DNA of 33,345 bases from positions 1 to 33,345 of IMG/VR virus record IMGVR_UViG_3300049009_000441. The stretch is one strand, 5' to 3'. A program made the translations under genes and the position numbers. This document shows, one piece after another, positions 8,801 through 18,334 of this stretch (positions are counted from its first letter, which is position 1; each line of letters begins with the position of its first letter). Below the pieces are notes generated by a model. It saw only the letters and a program-made list of their open reading frames with translations, ran no database searches and was not told the origin of the DNA. This DNA is from a virus (taxonomy: Duplodnaviria > Caudoviricetes).

Positions 8801-11800
8801 CACCTTAAACATGCCTTCGTCATCAATGACCGCCTTCTCCCATGACCGGCGCAAGTAATCCGCATCCTTCTCGTCCTTGATGTACTCCTTCAGGTAGTCA
8901 TCATGCGCAGTCACCAAAGCTTCAGTCAGAAGCTTACGACTGTCCTTGTCGTCAAAGTTCGGGTCCACGTTTCCACCACCAGCAAGGAACGCCTGGAAGC
9001 TAGGCATCAGAATCTCGGGAGCTTCGACTGACATCGGCCGGGTGATTGGCTCCACGACGATTCCCTTCTCCGCCAAGAATGCCGCCATCACCGCAGGCGA
9101 ACGAACCGCCTTTCCAATGACGCTCTGAGGATCGGGACGATTCACCATCCCATCCCAAATTTCCTCGATAATGCCGTTATCCTCGAACTTCTTGGCGAAG
9201 GGCTTCAGGGGATCAATCGTGCGCTGGGCATCCTTCGTCTTAACCTTGTTGTATTCCGGCCGTGGTGCACGCGGGGAATAGGCATCAGCATCAAACACCG
9301 GCTCCTTTGCCGGGTCTACCATGCGAGGATCGGCAATCAGCGTAATGTCACCGAACCCGCTGAATGCTTCGCCCGCCTTCACCACGCCAATGGACGGCAC
9401 CGCAAACCCACCCATGCGAGAAATCACCCGCAGGCCTTCCGCCGTGGTGTTGTGCAAGGCCATCAGCCCGCCGCCGCTTTGCTCGATCGAGAACGTCGGG
9501 AGTTTCAGCCAGCGAAGATCCACCGTCTCACTCGCGTACTTCTTCCCCCTGGCCTCACTCACGGTCACGATCCCATCAAATCCAGCGTTTACCACCGCCC
9601 GGGATAATGTCCGGCCAGTCTTCCCGCCAAAAGCCCGGGAAAGCCGCGCCTTCCACCCGTTCTCGCCATACCCTACCCAGTCCAGAACCAAGGGGCTTGC
9701 GAAGTCGACGGTCCCCGTTTCCAGCCCATCAAGCGTTTTCACGGTATCCCCAACCGGCGCCAAGTAACGGCCGGCCGGTTCGATGTCTTGGCCAAACTCG
9801 GCGCCCAGTCTCGGGGCCTTCTTCGTGTTGCGTACATACCGGAAGCTCACCGGCTTCCCGGTCTCGAACACACGGCCAGTCTCCAAATCAGTAAACTTCT
9901 CCACCACTCCCTCAATCTTGGCCAAGTTAAACGTCTGCCCCTTGAACCCGAGGTTTGTCGGCATCACCGGCTCGCCGCGTGTGCTCTGATCGAGTGCCAT
10001 CAAAAGGTCATTCGTCGTGTCGAACTCAAACCCGTCATCAGCAACCAGTGTCTCACGCAACTCGTCCAACGGTTTCCCCTTCTTGCGGAACAGACGCAGC
10101 TTTTGCTTGGTGTCCAAGTTTTCCATCAGGGACTTGAGCTCACCCCTAAACATCGGTTCTTGGGAAGGCGCCAGTAGGCCGCCCGCCCGGATAACCGCCG
10201 CCTGAAGCTCAGAATCATCACCCCATCCAATGTCCTGCCGGATGCTGGCCATCTCTTCAGCTACTTGTGAGTCATGGAACCACTTCAGCGCCACATTGAA
10301 CGCGCCGTCCATGGTCTTCACCGTTCCCTCGATTTCATTACCCTCGGGATCGGTTACCGTGTACCCGGCCTCATCGTTGCCAGTGATCTTGGGGAAATCC
10401 TCTTCTTGCCCGATGGAGTCCTTCATCTCCTGGTCAAACTCAGAAGCAACCGGGGCGGCCTCACGGTTACCTTGCGCGGCCGTTTGATAGGACTGATCCA
10501 GCGTCCGCTTCTCCGCAGTCAAGCTGGCCTCCGTCTCCCCTTCATACTTCTTCAGCAGGCGCTCGGCCTGTGGGGAAAGCTCCACATTCAGGTCATAAAC
10601 CGGGATGTCGTTAAGCATCTCCGCAACAAAGGTCTCCTCCTCCGTCATTGGCCCGTTTTCGGTGATCGTCTCCTTTCCGCCAAGGCGATCATCGACCACC
10701 GCCTGAAGCTCCTCTTCGAGTTGAGCCTTCAGAAAATCCCGCTCACGCATCGCCGCACCCTCGGCTTGACGATCGGACCGCAGTTGCGCCAGTGCCGCCT
10801 TCTGTTCCTCATCGGCCAGTTGCGCCTTCAGGTCCTGATACCCCTGATAGGACCGCAGCACACGCTCAGTCTTTGCCCTGGTATCCGTGCCGTCCGCCTC
10901 GAACACCGCATTGAGCTCGGCCTGCCGTGTGGACCGCGCCGCATCGGCCTTGCTTGCGTCCAGTTGTGAACGCACCGCCCCAGTCGATACCTCACCCAGC
11001 GCCCCCTTCATCAGGGTTTCCAGATCCGCGTCCAGCTTACCCTCACGCAGGAGCTTCTTCATCTTCGCCGCGCCCCGGATGACGGTCTTCAGGCGCTCGC
11101 CCAAGGTCCGCAGCCACTTCCCCCAACCGCCAGGAAGCGCCACCTTGCGCCGGGCCAGTGCATAATCTACCACCCGCTTGGAGAACCATTCGATGTTGGC
11201 CCGGTCTAAATCCTCACCCGTCAGGTTTGAAGCAACGTCCGCCTCACCATTTACAGAATGCCATTTCACCCGTGCATCATTCAGTTCTGCCGGTGCCAGA
11301 TTCTGATCCAGATAGGCTTTTTTGATATAGGCCTCAGAAACCTCTTCCACGGCCACCGTTGGGTCCGCCGCCTGCGCGACCTTCGCCACCATTTGAAAAA
11401 CCCCCTCCGTCGTCGCCTGCACATCAGCCGACCCTTGGATGCTCGCGGTTTCCAGCGTGGTCTCCTTGGCCAGCCCATTCACCAGCTTGGCGACATCCAG
11501 AGCGCCCTGGGCTTGCTCCTTGGTCATCAGCCCCTGATTAACTCGATCCATCAAGGTCTCCGGAATAGCCGGCCGCTCAACCTTGAGCTCGGCACCAAAC
11601 TTCTCTTGAAGCCCGGCCAGCGTTTCCTTCGTGGCCTGTTCATTGACCGCCCGCTGTTTCAGCGTGTCCAGAAATTGGCGCTCCTCCGGATTGGTCATGT
11701 CCAAAGGGGAGAACGTCCCGAGCTCGGTATTTTCCACCACCGGCACCCCATCAATCATGCCAATTTTATACCCGTCGACTTCCAGCCCATCGGCTGAAAC

Positions 11801-13357
11801 GAACTTCTCCCGAAGAACCCCGTCGTTGTACTTCGCCATGGCATCCTGGTTCCCATTCGCCGCGGCCACCAATAACCGGCCAACTTCAGGGGATGCGGCC
11901 GTTGCCATCAGTTGCTCATCCGTCTTGACCTGACGCAACACATTGAAGTCTGCCGGGGTCAACGTCTGCCCCTCCTTCGTCGTCAGGTACTTCTCCCCCT
12001 TCGACACCGCCATGTTTTGGTCAACGGCCTCCAAAGACGTGATCCCACCCGCAAAGAAGAAGCCCAGCGTGAAGGCGGACACCGATTCAACCAGGCGCTG
12101 TTTGGCGGCCTGCTCAGTGAATAGCTCGCGCTTTTCATCATAGGTCTGTTGCGCAACAAAGTCGTTCCAGAAGTTTTGCGCCGGCTCAGTCAATCCCTCC
12201 TCCACACCAGAGGAAAGCCCCTGCCGTGCAAACTGCTTGGCAAAGTCTCCAAACGATACCTTGCCCGCCATCTTTGGCAGATCCCCCAGAACCTTGTCCA
12301 TCAGGCGCTCCATACCGAACGCACGTTCAAGAACCATTTGGGGACCGGCTGATGCCAAGTTGGCGGAGAACGCTTTTTGAGGATCATACGCATCCCCCTC
12401 TTTCGCCATCCGCTCACTTTCCACATCGGCAAAAAATGCCGACTCCATGCCAAACGCTCCCACCGGCCCCAGCGCCGCCAATGCCGCAGTAGCCGGGACA
12501 CTGCCCACGCTCGCCATGAATTGGCCCAGGGTTGATTTTTGAAACTCGGGATTAACCCCCGCCCGCTCCATCGCGCCGCCGCTCAACTCGTACCAGAATT
12601 TTGAGAGGTTCCGATATTCATCGGACACGTCCTTACTCGTTGAGTTCGCAAACTCCTTTGCCCGCTCCCGGTTGGTCTCATCATTGACGCCGCGAATCTT
12701 CGCCATGTCGGAGTCAATTTTTGCCAGCCGCTCCTTCTGCTTGTCGGTCAACACCACTTCCGTGTCCTTCGGCTGGAAAGGATGATTCACCAGTTGCTCA
12801 CGCTCGCGGTTCAAATCGAGATACGTCCGATTTTCGAAGGGCGACTTCATCCGCCCAGGTTCCGCCGCAATCGTTGCCGCTTGGGAATAGATGCCGGCCG
12901 GGATCTTTTGAGCAAACCCCGTGAAGCCGCCACCGGCCGCCCGGGCTGATTGCTCCGTGTTCACCATCAGCGCCCCTTTGCCCACCTTCGCCAATCCCTC
13001 AGTGCCAGAAAAGGCTTCAGGGGTTTCGGTCTCCGTTACCGGCGCCTGCGTCTCGCTCCCCTTGTAGAAGCTGGAAATCTTGTCATAGGCTTGACTTGCA
13101 CTGCCGTTCCCAAAGAACCGGCCAGAAATGTTTTCGAAGTTGGCCAGGATGTCCTTGCGCGGGATGCCGGTGCGCCGGGACAACCAGAGGGACACGAATT
13201 GCTGATCCACCATTTCATTCGCCCCGGACTGCTTCGCTTGCGAGTCAAGGGACTCGGCCCCCGTCAGCGTCTCGAATTTAGTGCGGGCCTCTTCCGGCAA
13301 GCGGCCAAGGCGAGTTTCACGGGACTCAAACAGGGGAGCAAGTTCGTCAGTATTCAT
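5894..13357 (-). CDS. Large internal virion (DNA ejection) protein, polyvalent, with two ART-like modules
   Basis: 2487 aa in the T7 gp16-equivalent position; GVEEGLTEPAQ and ENYFPR motifs typical of large ejection proteins; ART-like segments at about 7991-9922. Confidence 0.8.
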   Translation of the reverse strand: MNTDELAPLFESRETRLGRLPEEARTKFETLTGAESLDSQAKQSGANEMVDQQFVSLWLSRRTGIPRKDILANFENISGRFFGNGSASQAYDKISSFYKGSETQAPVTETETPEAFSGTEGLAKVGKGALMVNTEQSARAAGGGFTGFAQKIPAGIYSQAATIAAEPGRMKSPFENRTYLDLNREREQLVNHPFQPKDTEVVLTDKQKERLAKIDSDMAKIRGVNDETNRERAKEFANSTSKDVSDEYRNLSKFWYELSGGAMERAGVNPEFQKSTLGQFMASVGSVPATAALAALGPVGAFGMESAFFADVESERMAKEGDAYDPQKAFSANLASAGPQMVLERAFGMERLMDKVLGDLPKMAGKVSFGDFAKQFARQGLSSGVEEGLTEPAQNFWNDFVAQQTYDEKRELFTEQAAKQRLVESVSAFTLGFFFAGGITSLEAVDQNMAVSKGEKYLTTKEGQTLTPADFNVLRQVKTDEQLMATAASPEVGRLLVAAANGNQDAMAKYNDGVLREKFVSADGLEVDGYKIGMIDGVPVVENTELGTFSPLDMTNPEERQFLDTLKQRAVNEQATKETLAGLQEKFGAELKVERPAIPETLMDRVNQGLMTKEQAQGALDVAKLVNGLAKETTLETASIQGSADVQATTEGVFQMVAKVAQAADPTVAVEEVSEAYIKKAYLDQNLAPAELNDARVKWHSVNGEADVASNLTGEDLDRANIEWFSKRVVDYALARRKVALPGGWGKWLRTLGERLKTVIRGAAKMKKLLREGKLDADLETLMKGALGEVSTGAVRSQLDASKADAARSTRQAELNAVFEADGTDTRAKTERVLRSYQGYQDLKAQLADEEQKAALAQLRSDRQAEGAAMRERDFLKAQLEEELQAVVDDRLGGKETITENGPMTEEETFVAEMLNDIPVYDLNVELSPQAERLLKKYEGETEASLTAEKRTLDQSYQTAAQGNREAAPVASEFDQEMKDSIGQEEDFPKITGNDEAGYTVTDPEGNEIEGTVKTMDGAFNVALKWFHDSQVAEEMASIRQDIGWGDDSELQAAVIRAGGLLAPSQEPMFRGELKSLMENLDTKQKLRLFRKKGKPLDELRETLVADDGFEFDTTNDLLMALDQSTRGEPVMPTNLGFKGQTFNLAKIEGVVEKFTDLETGRVFETGKPVSFRYVRNTKKAPRLGAEFGQDIEPAGRYLAPVGDTVKTLDGLETGTVDFASPLVLDWVGYGENGWKARLSRAFGGKTGRTLSRAVVNAGFDGIVTVSEARGKKYASETVDLRWLKLPTFSIEQSGGGLMALHNTTAEGLRVISRMGGFAVPSIGVVKAGEAFSGFGDITLIADPRMVDPAKEPVFDADAYSPRAPRPEYNKVKTKDAQRTIDPLKPFAKKFEDNGIIEEIWDGMVNRPDPQSVIGKAVRSPAVMAAFLAEKGIVVEPITRPMSVEAPEILMPSFQAFLAGGGNVDPNFDDKDSRKLLTEALVTAHDDYLKEYIKDEKDADYLRRSWEKAVIDDEGMFKVGKQIGLIRAVRNMGKIEVDRYASRDALTAAVKGREDELKTWIEDKILPYYGEPFIKHGKKKVAYTAENMAEAMKGTVRNKEKAMTFGEGAARAAATTQFSSVQHMKNAAHNLVSETEANAIEEKTKALTGKYRDGVIEYFAGKNWKGDVDTWAALDASMKAMAKAAKSGLTEKGFRSALSSAGFNSKDVPSDVIATGIDAAKALLYSPVPYFEAKPQRVVKLTEFMGAVVPVGTPGDVKALLTKAGIPVIEYAGGTIEDRKAAVATFTAATFNLSRVPQSEVTFATTGIPQNQTQANQAMFNRIQAKRLAASSQLLSRLNSGQPLPARAKAVRKSTEASLAAKLFVPLVSRLQAISGKANLGQRLRRLDFDIGRALKVDFEAVKPWMLAFEALPEREARILDLALKNGDTASRDAVLNAYGMAGSFARVEQVLSATRARAIAAGYDVGEIENYFPRKVNDLDGLMNHYYGQPEQGRIEKALQEAAKKAQDQGRILSREERIEVVNSVLRGFRRPESKPGNLKARKTDVVGVDADQFYADSVEALVSYVESLNQAIEKRRFFGKFTVPVAGAPGAVSSQLALEASIGAYVEDLIATGDITYQQQAEVQSILEARFQRGGQSTFVSNFKSMAYITTMGHVTSAISQVTDVAFSLYENGVFDTMVAGGQAVARKSKITRADLGLDQIAEEFRDAGKLHSALDRTFKLVGIHYLDMIGKETLVNAKFRRMEREAAAGNLSGRSRAIIERAFDPATGAQVVRDLAAGKKTEDTLFAVYTVLADYQPLTQSEYPEYYLRHPNGRIFYMLKSFTLKQIDSFRREGITKIVNGNAVQKMEGARNLIHLAGLLFMIGCPIDWLKDFIMGRRPVMDDIMVDNLFKLLGVNRWALWRFRESKNPVEAALLLIAPPAPFIVYPATDMVESAMKIAEGDDIDVSKFETWRALPFVGSPVYWWMGGGADKIEKKERSGSFSR

Positions 13358-14997
13358 CAGAATCCAAATGCGTCTTTCAGTGCCTCATAGCCAGCCGCCT
13401 TTTTTGCTTCAGGCATCAAATCCTCTCGAAGGAACTTCTTCACCTCATCGGCCGAACGATTGCCATCCTTGGCCGAGTCGAAGAAATTCCTGATCTTCCC
13501 TTCCTGGTTGAGCATCAGGTCACCGGCCAGCACATCACCAAGGGCAGGAAGCAGGCGCTTGTACTCACCAATCATGTCCCGTCGCATCGCCCGCTCAGAA
13601 GTCCCAATTTCCCGGTCCATCCATCGCGTCCCTTCCTCCTGAAGATCCTCGATGTCCGCCAGCTTCAGGCTGAACAGTTCATCCATCAGCTTCAGCCGGG
13701 TTTCCTTGGTGACCTTGGCGGAGTTGATCGAGTTTTGCAGATCCCGATATTCCGTGTCACTCGGCTGACGCCCGAACATTTTAGAACTGAACCCACCCTT
13801 GATCTTCTTGCTGATCTTCGTGGCCTCGCCTTCAGCTGATGCCATTTCTGATCGAGACGTTTGGGTAAGCTCTGCTTTCAGTTGGTCCGCTTGCTCCGGG
13901 GAAATCTTCCCCAGCGCCATGCGTTGCTCGATGTCACGAAGCCCCACGTCCCCCTGTTTACCAGGAGTCACCGCACGGTCACGAATGCGCCCGGCTTCAC
14001 CGGCCTGTTGTTGGGAAAGCTCCTGAGCCTTGGCCGCCAACTTCCCAGCCCGCTCCTCACCAGCCAACGCCAATTCAGGCGCCAAGCCCATGGCCGTCTC
14101 TTCGTCCAAGTCCCCAGACTTCACCGCCGCCGCAACATCGGCCGTTGTTGCCCGGCCAAGACGCATTTGCGTAACAAGGGTTTTTCCGGTGACCTCCATT
14201 TGACGCTTGGCCTCCCGCACCCGCGCATTGGTCATGCTCTCCAAGTTCACGCGCCCGCCAAGCGACATGCCGCCGCGCTCGAACTCGTAATTGGTATAAG
14301 CCCCATCCTTCCCCTTCTCCGTGATTGCCTTGTTGAACTCAGCATAAGCCTTCACGGCCTGCGCCGGAGGAAGCTCACGAATGGCGTCCAGCTGATTGGA
14401 TGCCGTTTTATACATCCCCTCCTCCAAGCCGCGGCGCACCATCTCCTCTTTCTGGTCAGGTTGCACGTTCATCAAATCCACCGTTGCAACGTACCCCTCA
14501 TAATCACCTCCCCGCAGCTTGGCCTGGGCATTGCCCATCAGGCGGGAATTACTTTGGCGAATCAGCGCCCCGTCCTTCTGTGCCCTGAACCGTATTCCGG
14601 TCTCCGTCAGATAGGACTCGGTAAGCATCTTGTCCTGTGCCACCACTTGCGATCCCCAGCCCTGTTGCTTAATGCGTGAAGTCTTCCCGGTCTCGTAAGC
14701 CTTCCAAGTGTCCTGCCTGAACTTGTCCCACGTTTCCGGTTTGTCCTGGTTGGCCTGCGCATAGGATTCAACCTGTGCGGCCGTCTCCATTCGAATGGTC
14801 TCCTCAGAAGCGAGGAATCCCTTGTTTACCTGTTCCTGCTTTTGAATGGCAAACTTCCCAAGGACGTTGCCCACACCTTGCAAGGCTTCACCCGCCCGGG
14901 TGATTGCCATGTTTACCCCCTGCATTTCTTGGCCCATGCGGGGCCCAAGACTGGGAACTTGTCGAACGTCTGAAAGTGATACGGTTGGAATGGCCAT
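13357..14997 (-). CDS. Internal virion protein (gp15-equivalent position)
   Basis: 546 aa, helical composition, MAIP start, syntenic position, TGATG coupling to the large protein. Confidence 0.7.
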   Translation of the reverse strand: MAIPTVSLSDVRQVPSLGPRMGQEMQGVNMAITRAGEALQGVGNVLGKFAIQKQEQVNKGFLASEETIRMETAAQVESYAQANQDKPETWDKFRQDTWKAYETGKTSRIKQQGWGSQVVAQDKMLTESYLTETGIRFRAQKDGALIRQSNSRLMGNAQAKLRGGDYEGYVATVDLMNVQPDQKEEMVRRGLEEGMYKTASNQLDAIRELPPAQAVKAYAEFNKAITEKGKDGAYTNYEFERGGMSLGGRVNLESMTNARVREAKRQMEVTGKTLVTQMRLGRATTADVAAAVKSGDLDEETAMGLAPELALAGEERAGKLAAKAQELSQQQAGEAGRIRDRAVTPGKQGDVGLRDIEQRMALGKISPEQADQLKAELTQTSRSEMASAEGEATKISKKIKGGFSSKMFGRQPSDTEYRDLQNSINSAKVTKETRLKLMDELFSLKLADIEDLQEEGTRWMDREIGTSERAMRRDMIGEYKRLLPALGDVLAGDLMLNQEGKIRNFFDSAKDGNRSADEVKKFLREDLMPEAKKAAGYEALKDAFGF

Positions 14998-15006
14998 GAT
15001 GATATT

Positions 15007-15564
15007 TTAGTAACCAGCTGCACGAATTGAAGCGGACCCAGTAGAACCAGATCTTGCGGTGGCCAATGACTTACTTTGTCCAGCTGCCGCTCTTGAAGAA
15101 CTCAGCTGAGAACCCATATAAGCCGTATTTCCTGCTCCAGACAAAAGGGAGGAACCAGCGCCAATATAAGCCGCCCGAGCCTGATTTGAACCAACCTGCC
15201 GATCATAAGCCCCCTGGGCTCGAAGCGCCCGGGTTTGCTGCGTTGCCTGACGACTCGCGTCTAAGGCTTCCAGTTCAAGAATGCCCGCCGTCTCCGCCAT
15301 TACCTCCAAGGGAGAGCCTTCAATGGTAACTCCGCTTTTAGCGTAGGCCGTGCGCTGTGTTCCAAGAAACCTGCGATTCTGTTCACGCCGACGCTTTACT
15401 GACTCACGTGAATCTAAATCAATCTGAGCTGCCTGACTTTCAGCCAGCTTGGCATTGTATTCCCCCATCTTCTTGGCGGTCTGGGCAGCTTCAACCTGTC
15501 CATAAACTGCCACGCCTGTGCCAATTGCACCCACCACGATTGCCGCTGTTGCGAGCCATGACAT
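15007..15564 (-). CDS. Internal virion protein (gp14-equivalent)
   Basis: Hydrophobic Gly/Ala N-terminus, coiled middle, AYAKSGV..EGSP motif; synteny. Confidence 0.75.
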   Translation of the reverse strand: MSWLATAAIVVGAIGTGVAVYGQVEAAQTAKKMGEYNAKLAESQAAQIDLDSRESVKRRREQNRRFLGTQRTAYAKSGVTIEGSPLEVMAETAGILELEALDASRQATQQTRALRAQGAYDRQVGSNQARAAYIGAGSSLLSGAGNTAYMGSQLSSSRAAAGQSKSLATARSGSTGSASIRAAGY

Positions 15565-15992
15565 TATGAATTTCCTCCTTTTAATTGTTTAATCTGCTCC
15601 GCATGAACCAAAAAGGTTTCACTTTTCTCGATTAAAAGCGTCTCCAGCTTTCCCTCTTCGGTTTCTTCCGTTGGATGAACAGTCATCCAACGCATGTCCT
15701 CGATGATGAATAAAACCTTACGCACTCCTACTCCTGACTTGAACGAGAACGGAGCGCGGATTTCTTGAACTATTCCGTCAATCATCACCCTTGCCGCCCC
15801 GGTAATAACGATGTTCATGTGCTCGGTCTTGTGCTTGTGCCCAATCACCATTGCACCTGCTGGCATGAATATCTCCCGGCAATAAACACCAGGAGCAAAG
15901 TAATGGGTAACCGGACAATCAACTTGTGGCATTTTCAAAAGTTGCTCCTCTGCGATTTCTACGGGATCAATTGGTTTAATTTGTGTGCTCAT
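15564..15992 (-). CDS. Cupin-like (RmlC fold) phage protein (142 aa; start corrected to 15992)
   Basis: HYFAPGVYCREIFMPAG...GHKHKTEH..I...G cupin motif; ATGA overlap with the tail tubular B stop. Confidence 0.7.
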   Translation of the reverse strand: MSTQIKPIDPVEIAEEQLLKMPQVDCPVTHYFAPGVYCREIFMPAGAMVIGHKHKTEHMNIVITGAARVMIDGIVQEIRAPFSFKSGVGVRKVLFIIEDMRWMTVHPTEETEEGKLETLLIEKSETFLVHAEQIKQLKGGNS

Positions 15993-18331
15993 TGGGTTCC
16001 CGTGATTTGGTAGTGAACCACCATGCCGAGCAAGGTCCAAGGTAGGGGTTGATCCTGTTTAAGGATGATCGTCGCATCCTCGGAGTAATCCCCATCCACC
16101 TCCTGATACTTGTCCCCAGTAAACAACGGCGGTGCAGCGTCCATCAGATCCTCCGTGGTCCTGAACTCAACTTCCCGGAATGTCTCCCCGTTAAGATCGG
16201 TGACCTTCAGGCCCAGCGTGTCGAGTAAGCGCAACGTGACGCCGCGGATATTCTTGACGACTCCCTGAGTGTTTCCGGCCGCCTCATCCACATCCAGCCG
16301 CATGGGCTGAATGATCGAGTCATAGGCCAGCCCCACATGGACTATCGAAGACAGATAATCCAGCGTGACCTCACCGCCGCTCACCACCTTCTGAGGATGT
16401 ACCGCGCCATCAGTCAGAATGTCCACCGTCTCCCCTTCGAGGTGATCCAGTCCATCGACGACTAAGGTCGGCGCCCCGTAGTAAACAACCGACGAATCAA
16501 GGAAGTTCTTGGCAACATCAGCCCCCGCAAAGGTGTAGATCCCTTCCACGACATCATCAAAAATGTCAGTCGTTGGCGTGAAGTACCCGGTCATCCGTTC
16601 TAGGTAACGCTTTTGCACCCCGTCAATCGTGCGCAGGACCGACACCCACACCTCATCATCCAGTTCACCATAGACGGTCTCCACCGATTCCACCGTCCCC
16701 GCCGTGGTGTGCCGGTGCCAGGCAATGACGCTCTGTTCCTTCTCGTAGGTCATGCCAATCAGGTTGCCATTGGCCACCGCCCAGAAAATTGAGTCACGGT
16801 CCGATTGGTAGGACGGTGACGTGATTCCCCCGGCCGTGATGTGCTCGGAAAGGATCGTGACGTCATTGGACTGATACCCCTCCCGAATGGCATCATAAAC
16901 CGCCTCCCGCAACTTCCGGCCGGAACGCTGCACAAACAGGATCGTGTCATTCACCAGGAGCGCCCGGCCTTGCTGACTTCCGAAATTCGACTGTTGTTTT
17001 ACCTTGATCTTGGTCGGAGTGATCGGGTTTTCCAGATCCCCGCCCTGTGCCGTCCATTCTCCCGATGTGGTCCCAATAACCAGCCGGGACTGAGAAATCA
17101 TCCAGAGCACTTGCTGCCGCTCCGTAGAAGACAAAGTAAAGGCCAGACTGTCATCATCGGCCGTTCCCGTGGTAAAGTTCTCGTAATCGTCAACGATCGA
17201 GGCCCAGAGGGTTTGTGGTTGAAACGTGGTCCCGGCAAAGAACATGCGGTTCTCATAGAAAGCGCAGGCGGCCGGATAACCCCTCACCCCAGACCAAGCA
17301 CCTTCCGCCCAGTATTGGGTAGCATCATGGCTGAAAAGATTCCGCTTCACCGTAGCCGTGACCGATGTGGAAGATCCAAACGCCGTGACCTGGACCACTC
17401 CATAAATAAAACGATCCTCCAACTCGAAGACTGCCCGGGAATCTTCGCCGTTCGTTGCCGTTTGTGAAGTCCAGGACGTGATGTTTATCCGGTAATAAGC
17501 CTCTTCATCCTCTTCGCCCTCCACGTCGATATTGCGGTCCTTGCGGCCAGTGTAAGCCCGAACCGATTCCCAATTCGTCGTTCCGTCCAGCGACCGCTCC
17601 ACAACCACCGTTGCCGTCCAGATCCCGTATGTTTTGAAAAACCATTTCCCCGACACCAGCACCGCGGCCGATGATGACACTGAGGTTATCGCAAGCTCCG
17701 TGCTTGTAGCATCCCGGCGATGCCCAATGTTCAAATAAGCCCCCACATGCCCGGCCTCAAACAAAGCCGCTGAAGATGTCAGGGTGATCGTTCCAGTGGT
17801 TCCAGAAGGATCAATCGTCACCGCGGTTAAGTTCTCCGCCAGAAATGGCGGACGATCAAAATCAACGCTCACCAGCGTCCAGTTGTCATTTGCAAGGCGG
17901 GACAGTTTCTTAACCGGGTGGGATGGATGCGTGATATAAACCACGTCATTGATTTGGACGTACTGAATCTCTGCGCACTGGGCCGCCGTGTAGGTAGTCA
18001 CCACTTCATACGGCACCCCCAACACCTTGATTTGCTCACCAAGGTAATAAAACCGGATATACAGATCCCCAAATTCCAGCATAAAGGAAACCGTTCGGCT
18101 AAACTGGAAGTCCAGCAGACGCACCGGCTTGTTGCTCGCATCGTACTTGGCGGCCGCCACAAACTCAAACCCCTTGCGCCGCGTGACCCCGCCGTGAGGC
18201 ATCGGGATCATGTTCTGGCATTGGCGACACCCGGCCGCGTACTTCTCCGTGTCCACCCGAGCATCCAACTTGGGCGAAAGCTCGCCCGCGTTGAAGCTCA
18301 TTATATTCTTCTTGTTTCGTGGATTTGCCAT
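15989..18331 (-). CDS. Tail tubular protein B / nozzle (T7 gp12-like)
   Basis: SFNAGELSP...R.D...Y...C....N..P...GG..RR.G N-terminus; AWHRH; DGLDHLEGETV; QDQPLP C-terminus. Confidence 0.9.
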   Translation of the reverse strand: MANPRNKKNIMSFNAGELSPKLDARVDTEKYAAGCRQCQNMIPMPHGGVTRRKGFEFVAAAKYDASNKPVRLLDFQFSRTVSFMLEFGDLYIRFYYLGEQIKVLGVPYEVVTTYTAAQCAEIQYVQINDVVYITHPSHPVKKLSRLANDNWTLVSVDFDRPPFLAENLTAVTIDPSGTTGTITLTSSAALFEAGHVGAYLNIGHRRDATSTELAITSVSSSAAVLVSGKWFFKTYGIWTATVVVERSLDGTTNWESVRAYTGRKDRNIDVEGEEDEEAYYRINITSWTSQTATNGEDSRAVFELEDRFIYGVVQVTAFGSSTSVTATVKRNLFSHDATQYWAEGAWSGVRGYPAACAFYENRMFFAGTTFQPQTLWASIVDDYENFTTGTADDDSLAFTLSSTERQQVLWMISQSRLVIGTTSGEWTAQGGDLENPITPTKIKVKQQSNFGSQQGRALLVNDTILFVQRSGRKLREAVYDAIREGYQSNDVTILSEHITAGGITSPSYQSDRDSIFWAVANGNLIGMTYEKEQSVIAWHRHTTAGTVESVETVYGELDDEVWVSVLRTIDGVQKRYLERMTGYFTPTTDIFDDVVEGIYTFAGADVAKNFLDSSVVYYGAPTLVVDGLDHLEGETVDILTDGAVHPQKVVSGGEVTLDYLSSIVHVGLAYDSIIQPMRLDVDEAAGNTQGVVKNIRGVTLRLLDTLGLKVTDLNGETFREVEFRTTEDLMDAAPPLFTGDKYQEVDGDYSEDATIILKQDQPLPWTLLGMVVHYQITGTQ

Positions 18332-18334
18332 GGG

